A DNA stretch of 64,000 nucleotides from Bacteroidetes bacterium GWF2_33_16 (GTDB taxonomy: Bacteria; Bacteroidota; Bacteroidia; Bacteroidales; UBA12077), in NCBI GenBank assembly GCA_001768565.1, contig MEOE01000011.1, forward strand, positions 9,373 to 73,372. Direction: 5' to 3'. Of the stretch, positions 58,276-64,000 are shown in pieces (the first letter of the stretch is position 1; every line of letters begins with the position of its first letter). Position numbers and translations under genes: made by a program. The notes beneath the pieces are model-generated. The model worked only from the letters and a program-made list of their open reading frames with translations. It did no database searches and was not told the DNA's origin.

Positions 58276-60513
58276 CTAGTCTTCCTGTGAATCAATACGG
58301 ATAACTTTTAAAATTCCTTTTTCCTTTTTCAATTTTCGGAATAAAACATCAAGATGTTCTGTACTCTCCACATAGAGTTTAAGTAATCCTTCAAACAATC
58401 CATCATTTGAATCCATTGTAATATGGCGCATTTTTACTTTAAAGTCTTTCGAAATAATGTCAGTAATTTTATTTAGCATTCCAATTTCATCAATACCTGT
58501 AATTTTAATAGTAGTTTGAAATGATTTTTTAGCAACAGATTTGTTCCATTTGGCATTTATAATTCTGTAATTATATTTTTCAATCAACTGACGTGCGTTT
58601 GGACAGTTTGTTCGATGAATTTTAATTCCTTCGCTCACTGTTACAAATCCAAAAATTGAATCGCCAAATATTGGACTACAGCATTTTGCCAACTTATAAT
58701 CTACATTTTCAATTTTATTATCAATAATTAAATAATCTGGCTCATGCGCAGATTCTTTTTCTAAAACAGGCTTTGCATCTTGTTTTTGCGTTGTTGCATC
58801 AGTTGTTGGTTGCTCAGGTTCATGTTCTGGCTTAGATACAAGCTCCTTAATTTCAGTTATATCAATTTTCTCGGTAGCAATTAAATAATACAAGTCGATG
58901 GGAAACTTAAGCTTGTAATGCTTTACCAATTGATTAACTATGGAGTCATCTATAGGTATTTTCCAGTTTTTTAACCTGCGCTTAAATAGCTCTTTGCCTG
59001 CTTCTGCTTCTTTATATTTTTCTTCGCGCAGTGTCGATTTTATCTTTGTTTTTGCTTTTGAGGTAGAAACAAAATTCAGCCAGTCGGTTTTCGGTTTTTG
59101 ATTTTTTGATGTAATAATCTCAATCTGATCACCATTCTGCAAAACCTGTTTTATAGTAACATTTTTCTTATTAATTCTGGCTCCTACACATTGATTTCCA
59201 ACATCAGAGTGAATATCATACGCAAAATCGAGAACAGTAGCTCCTGCAGGAAATTTTTTTAAATCGCCATTTGGTGTAAAAACAAAAACCTCTTTATTGT
59301 AAAGATTTAATTTAAGATCATCAATATCGTGAGTCGATTCATCATCACTTGATTCGATTAATTCCCTTATTTTATTCATCCATTGATCAATTCCTTGTTC
59401 TGATCGTATCCCTTTATATTTCCAGTGTGCTGCATAGCCCATCTCGGCTATTTCATCCATTCGTTTAGTGCGAATCTGCACTTCGACCCATTTTTTTTCT
59501 GGGCCAATAACTGTTGTATGTAACGATTCGTATCCATTTGACTTAGGAACCGAAATCCAGTCGCGCATTCGTTGTGGATTGGGTTGGTAAAAATCTGTTA
59601 CAATTGAATATGCTCTCCAGCAATCGGCTTTTTCTTTTGTTGTTGATGAGTTTAAAATAATACGAATAGCAAAAATGTCCATTACTTCTTCAAAATCAAC
59701 ATTCTGCTTTTTCATCTTTTGCCAAATGGAATAAACCGATTTCGGACGTCCTTTTATATCAAAATCGAATTTCTGCTTTCTTAATTCTTGCTCAATGGGT
59801 TCGCAAAACTTTTTTATGAATTTATTTCTTTTGGCAGTTGTGTTTTTAAGTTTTTTAATTATTTCCTTGTAAATATCATTTTCGGTATATTTAAAGGCTA
59901 GATTTTCTAACTCCGACTTAATATTATAAAGTCCAAGTCTATGGGCTATAGGAGCATAAACGGAAAATGTTTCAAGTGATTTTTTTATTTGGATATTCTC
60001 TGGATAATTACCAAGATTACGCATTTGTTCTAATAGTATGGCAATTTTAATTAAAATTACCCGTACATCTTTTGCAACAGTAAGTAACAATTGCCTGAAA
60101 TTTTCAGCTTGCGATGAAGCCGTTTTAGTATCAATTGACGATATTTTAATAAGTCCTTCAATCAGAATTGTTGTTTTATTATCGAATTGTTGTTCTACCT
60201 CTAAAGATGTTATTTTATTCTCAAGAACGGCTTCAAAAAGTAAAAATGCAACAACAGAGTGAAATCCTAAACCAACCTGATCGATAATAATAATTGATGT
60301 CTCAAGAAGCTGAACAATATATGGATCGCCAGATAATTGACGTTTTTCTGAATGAGATTTACGTGCTATATCAAAAGCCTTTCTAATGAGATTTAATTCA
60401 TTGGGCTGAATAGCGCTTTTTGAAACCTTAAGTAACTGGCGGTATTTATTTAAAATCAGTTTCCTATCTCGTTCTAAAGATTCTGCTGATGTCTTATATA
60501 TTGAAGAATTCAT
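58276..60513 (-). CDS. relA: Long RelA/SpoT homolog, (p)ppGpp synthetase with degenerate HD hydrolase domain, TGS and ACT domains
   Basis: RPKSVYSIWQKM, DIFAIRII, GYESLHTTV, EVQIRT, AAHWKYK, FTPNGD TGS, LAKCCSP, C-terminal ACT. Confidence 0.92.
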   Translation of the reverse strand: MNSSIYKTSAESLERDRKLILNKYRQLLKVSKSAIQPNELNLIRKAFDIARKSHSEKRQLSGDPYIVQLLETSIIIIDQVGLGFHSVVAFLLFEAVLENKITSLEVEQQFDNKTTILIEGLIKISSIDTKTASSQAENFRQLLLTVAKDVRVILIKIAILLEQMRNLGNYPENIQIKKSLETFSVYAPIAHRLGLYNIKSELENLAFKYTENDIYKEIIKKLKNTTAKRNKFIKKFCEPIEQELRKQKFDFDIKGRPKSVYSIWQKMKKQNVDFEEVMDIFAIRIILNSSTTKEKADCWRAYSIVTDFYQPNPQRMRDWISVPKSNGYESLHTTVIGPEKKWVEVQIRTKRMDEIAEMGYAAHWKYKGIRSEQGIDQWMNKIRELIESSDDESTHDIDDLKLNLYNKEVFVFTPNGDLKKFPAGATVLDFAYDIHSDVGNQCVGARINKKNVTIKQVLQNGDQIEIITSKNQKPKTDWLNFVSTSKAKTKIKSTLREEKYKEAEAGKELFKRRLKNWKIPIDDSIVNQLVKHYKLKFPIDLYYLIATEKIDITEIKELVSKPEHEPEQPTTDATTQKQDAKPVLEKESAHEPDYLIIDNKIENVDYKLAKCCSPIFGDSIFGFVTVSEGIKIHRTNCPNARQLIEKYNYRIINAKWNKSVAKKSFQTTIKITGIDEIGMLNKITDIISKDFKVKMRHITMDSNDGLFEGLLKLYVESTEHLDVLFRKLKKEKGILKVIRIDSQED

Positions 60514-60514
60514 G

Positions 60515-61297
60515 CTAATTTTTTATTTCAAATTCATCGGCATCAAGATAAACTGGGAATTTCTTTTTGAGAATATCCAAATCATCAAATGATAGCTCAA
60601 CATTCAAAATTTGTTCCATATTAGGTTCAGTTTGCATAATTATTTCACCATATGGATTAATTATCATACTACCCCCAGTGTGATTAATTCCATTTCCATC
60701 AATACCAACTCTATTAACACCTATAACATATGACTGGTTTTCAATTGCTCTTGCAATTAAGAGGCTTTTCCACTGATAGCTTCTACTTTCTGGCCAATTG
60801 GCTATATAAATTAGTAGATCATAATTGTTTCTATTCCTGCTCCATACCGGAAATCGGAGATCATAACAAACTAGTGGGAGGATTGCCCAGTTTTCGGTTT
60901 TGAATAAAAGTTTCTGATCGCCGGCTGAATAATGTTTGTCTTCTCCAGCCATTCTGAACAAATGTCGTTTGTTATAAATTAACTGATTACCATCAGGAAA
61001 CGAAACGATCAGCCGATTATAATACTTGCCAGATTCCTTAATTATAATGCTTCCAATTATTATTTTATTAGACAATGTAGCTTGATTTTTGAGCCATACC
61101 ATACCAACACCATTAACTGGTTCCGCAAGTTTTTCTGGAATCATCGAAAATCCTGTAGAAAACATTTCAGGCAGAATAACAAGTTGGGAATTTTTAGGAA
61201 GTTGCTGAATTTTTCTTTCAAAATTTTGAAAGTTAACTTCCTTATTTTCCCAAACAAGATCAGCTTGAATGCAAGAAACAAAAAGATTTTTCGACAT
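60515..61297 (-). CDS. Carbon-nitrogen hydrolase (YafV/omega-amidase-like)
   Basis: LPEMFSTGF, YNKRHLF, VCYDLRFPVW catalytic E-K-C; start set at MSKNLF. Confidence 0.9.
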   Translation of the reverse strand: MSKNLFVSCIQADLVWENKEVNFQNFERKIQQLPKNSQLVILPEMFSTGFSMIPEKLAEPVNGVGMVWLKNQATLSNKIIIGSIIIKESGKYYNRLIVSFPDGNQLIYNKRHLFRMAGEDKHYSAGDQKLLFKTENWAILPLVCYDLRFPVWSRNRNNYDLLIYIANWPESRSYQWKSLLIARAIENQSYVIGVNRVGIDGNGINHTGGSMIINPYGEIIMQTEPNMEQILNVELSFDDLDILKKKFPVYLDADEFEIKN

Positions 61298-61404
61298 AAA
61301 GTTTTTTTTTAATCTAAGCAAATATATTGATTTCTGTTTTTGTGTTTACATCTTCTTGGGCGAGGAATAAACACACCTAAAACAATTTATCTATATTATA
61401 GTTG

Positions 61405-62130
61405 TTAAGATCCAAATACTTTTTTAAGCAAATCTGTAACCCGTGCCGCAGGATTCTTCCTTATTTCCTTCTCCTCTTTTGCAATTTGTTTAAATAATCC
61501 ATCAATAGCCTTTTTTGTAACATGGCTTACCAAATCAGGATTAACTTTTTTAACAAGAGGTATTTTGTTATAGGTAGTAAAAACTGTTTTCCAGTATTTT
61601 GTTGCACCGACTTTTTCTAAAGATGCTTTAATTACTGGCTTGAATTTTTCAGTTAGCTGACCTCTGGTTTGATTCTCAAGATACTTAGTAGCAGCATTGT
61701 CATCACCATGTAAAATATTCATAACATCTTTAAGTGTTAATTCCTTTATGGCATTAACAAAAATATCTTTTGCTTCGGTTGCTGCATCTTCTGCAGCTCT
61801 GTTCATCGATTCAATTGCATCGTCAACCATTTTGTCCTGACCTAAGGCGCGAAGCTTTTCCTCTACGGTTTTAGCCTCTTTGGGCATTAAAATTTTTATT
61901 TCAAGATCTTTAAAATAGCCATCAGGTTTTGATAGTTGTTTTACACCTTTTTCAATACCTTTAGTTAATGCTTCTTTTAATCCTTTAGCAACTTCATCCT
62001 CAGTAAGTTTTGATGAAGATGACTCCGTTGTAACTTTTTTTGCAGCCTTTTTAATATCCTTTAAATTTTGTGCATTTGATGTGTAGTTAAAAAAGAGGAT
62101 GGCAATAAGCAATAAAATAATTCTATTCAT
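61405..62130 (-). CDS. DUF4197 family protein
   Basis: GLKEAL, MNRAAEDA, AATKYL, AIDGLFKQIAKEEKEIRKNPAARVTDLLKKVFG. Confidence 0.9.
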   Translation of the reverse strand: MNRIILLLIAILFFNYTSNAQNLKDIKKAAKKVTTESSSSKLTEDEVAKGLKEALTKGIEKGVKQLSKPDGYFKDLEIKILMPKEAKTVEEKLRALGQDKMVDDAIESMNRAAEDAATEAKDIFVNAIKELTLKDVMNILHGDDNAATKYLENQTRGQLTEKFKPVIKASLEKVGATKYWKTVFTTYNKIPLVKKVNPDLVSHVTKKAIDGLFKQIAKEEKEIRKNPAARVTDLLKKVFGS

Positions 62131-62276
62131 AATTTTATATTTAGTTGATTCTAAAACATCGATATGTATTAAACAACGATAACACTACAATGGTTATAAA
62201 AATAGTAAATAAAAAACCAATAAATACAGGTTTAATTTTATTTTTAAAATAAGGATTGACTTTTGATTAATCAGAA

Positions 62277-63437
62277 TTATTTTCCTAATGTCTTGTAATA
62301 ATCATCTAAAATTTTCGACATCAATGGATAATAATAATTCCAGTAGAACTCTTTGGGATTGTTTTTTCGTGTTGTTGATAAACAGGATGCTATTTGGTTA
62401 TATCCAATAAAATATGATGAACCCAATTTAACTGGATTATCAGCAAAATCACCACTAAAATAATAAAATAGGTAGTCATTGGTATGCTCAATAACAGCAG
62501 GAAATATCGATTGCAGGTTATAACTATGAAGTATTGAGTCACCTTTTTCGTTTACATTAAAATGAAAATTTGCAAGTGTTTTATTTTTATCAGTTGAGAA
62601 AGTTATATCAAACCAATTTAAATATTCGACAGATTCAACAACGCCAAACTTCTCAATAGTTTCTTTGTTTGATTGAATTACTGGCCATTCGCTGGTCAAA
62701 TGTGTCTGATTTTCTAAAACAGCAACTGTACCAAATTTGTGGATCAAAACAATAGCACCATTTTTAAAAGGCCACGAATCATTATTCTGTTCTTTGTATA
62801 AACGTATTATCCATTTAGGAAAATCCTGGCTTATAGTTGTATCAAGGCTAGGAAAATACCTGCCAGTCCAACCGCTCCATTTTAGCCCGAATAAATCTTC
62901 AAGTTTTTCACGGATTAAACTATTCGTTGGCGCATTATAAAAGTTGAATTCAGTAATTATTAGTTTTTTATGAGATTTCATCTCTTTCAGAAACAAATAA
63001 TCATTTTGGTTTAAGCCCCCATATACTTTATTAGAAACATGCTGTTCTTCGAATGAATTTTGTCGATACCACTCGTTATAATAAACTCCATACGTGTCGG
63101 TATAATAACACATATCATAATTAAGGGCATAATCTTCTATTTCGTGAATACGGATACTCTTAAAATCAAATTCTGATGACCCTGCATTTTTTGGGAAAAA
63201 ACCGAAATAGTCGTCATTTACATTATAAAAGTTTCCATCTTTTCTAACATATTTATCGTGGTTAAGAATCCAATTGAATGATTTATGCTCTTGCCTGTCG
63301 GTTGTAGGAACAGTTTTATCCAGAATATATACTTTTAATGGTCTGTAGGGTTTTATAAACCAAATAAACCAACTGGTAAAAACACTTAAAACCAAAATAG
63401 AAACAACAATAATAATAGTTAATGTACTCTTTTTCAT
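62277..63437 (-). CDS. Conserved hypothetical membrane-anchored protein
   Basis: N-terminal TM; ILDKTVP..RQEH, YYTDTYGVY, WSGWTGRYF, YYFSGDFAD; start set at MKKSTL. Confidence 0.7.
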   Translation of the reverse strand: MKKSTLTIIIVVSILVLSVFTSWFIWFIKPYRPLKVYILDKTVPTTDRQEHKSFNWILNHDKYVRKDGNFYNVNDDYFGFFPKNAGSSEFDFKSIRIHEIEDYALNYDMCYYTDTYGVYYNEWYRQNSFEEQHVSNKVYGGLNQNDYLFLKEMKSHKKLIITEFNFYNAPTNSLIREKLEDLFGLKWSGWTGRYFPSLDTTISQDFPKWIIRLYKEQNNDSWPFKNGAIVLIHKFGTVAVLENQTHLTSEWPVIQSNKETIEKFGVVESVEYLNWFDITFSTDKNKTLANFHFNVNEKGDSILHSYNLQSIFPAVIEHTNDYLFYYFSGDFADNPVKLGSSYFIGYNQIASCLSTTRKNNPKEFYWNYYYPLMSKILDDYYKTLGK

Positions 63438-63684
63438 TAAGTTGATGAGTTTAATACAACTTTTTAGGATGGACAAAGATAAAAAACATTTCCAAATACA
63501 AAACAGATAAATATCAATCTAATAGAAAATTGTAAAATGTAGAATCATTCTATATAATATCAATATAAATAAACTAATAAAAAATTACATGGTCTAAAAA
63601 AGAAAATTTTATAACTTACCATGCTAAAAACATTATGTTCATTGATACATATCGAAATAAAATAAAAACTTAAATCAAAAAATT

Positions 63685-64000
63685 ATGAAACCAATAAAAG
63701 CACTTTTCACATTTTCAACATGGTTAATGCGGTTTGCCATATTACTATTTATAGCAATTCGATATTGGGAAACTTTAGCATTTTTTAATCTTAAAAGCGT
63801 AATGTTCTATGTTTCGCTTTTATTTATACTTTTTGGATTTTTGCTTTTTATTGGTGGTTTTTTAAAGAAAGAACGGTTGACTATATTGTCTTCAATAGTT
63901 CTTATTTTGGTTACAGGCTATCACGCTTTTTTGAATCTGAAATCAGGAATTGATCATAATTTTGCTGTATTTGTAGTACTCGGGTCAATCTTTTTCTTTT
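63685..64000 (+). CDS. Partial membrane protein running off the window end
   Basis: ATG at 63685, open to the end: MKPIKALFTFSTWLMRFAILLFIAIRYW...LLFIGGFLKKERLTILSS..., several TM segments. Confidence 0.75.
   Translation, partial: MKPIKALFTFSTWLMRFAILLFIAIRYWETLAFFNLKSVMFYVSLLFILFGFLLFIGGFLKKERLTILSSIVLILVTGYHAFLNLKSGIDHNFAVFVVLGSIFFF

Noticed and set aside
61341-61375. TGTGTTTA...TAAACACA inverted repeat as a terminator for the DUF4197 gene
   Set aside because: Weak AT-rich stem with a long loop and no U-tract on the coding (minus) strand.
858-62940. Numerous 60-170 aa ORFs antisense to or nested in long genes (e.g. 4989-5309, 34641-35156, 50809-51126)
   Set aside because: Fully overlapped by well-supported genes and lacking recognisable motifs; considered shadow ORFs.
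1-64000. rRNA, tRNA, CRISPR-Cas, transposase or anti-phage defence genes
   Set aside because: None recognised in the ORF set or the intergenic gaps by eye; a covariance-model scan was not possible.

Overview
AT-rich chromosomal segment of an anaerobic or aerotolerant Bacteroidota bacterium (Bacteroidales/Marinilabiliales-like gene content, TAnnTTTG promoter motifs, a T9SS cargo protein). It is mostly housekeeping and envelope genes: a GH3/beta-lactamase fusion, a perR-dpsL-peroxiredoxin operon, a TolC-MFP-RND efflux operon with a LytS/LytTR pair, a Na+-pumping methylmalonyl-CoA decarboxylase operon followed by a rubredoxin absent from the ORF track, two LTA-synthase-like sulfatases, the moxR-DUF58-batABCDE operon, truA, patB, fprA and a RelA/SpoT protein with a degenerate hydrolase site. 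I found no rRNA, tRNA, CRISPR array, integrase or transposase. Two things stand out. (1) A ~20-bp palindromic micro-element (CCTGCCTGCCGGCAGGCAGG family) and a second CCCRCC-GGYGGG hairpin sit nested, apparently as precise insertions, inside several unrelated intergenic repeat families. (2) A four-gene non-phage cluster (small T9SS-CTD protein, beta-barrel, fibre-like protein with a DYAE autocleavage chaperone preceded by a hydrophobic hairpin, FISUMP lipoprotein) may encode an undescribed surface appendage. All family assignments come from motif recognition by eye; no database searches were run.
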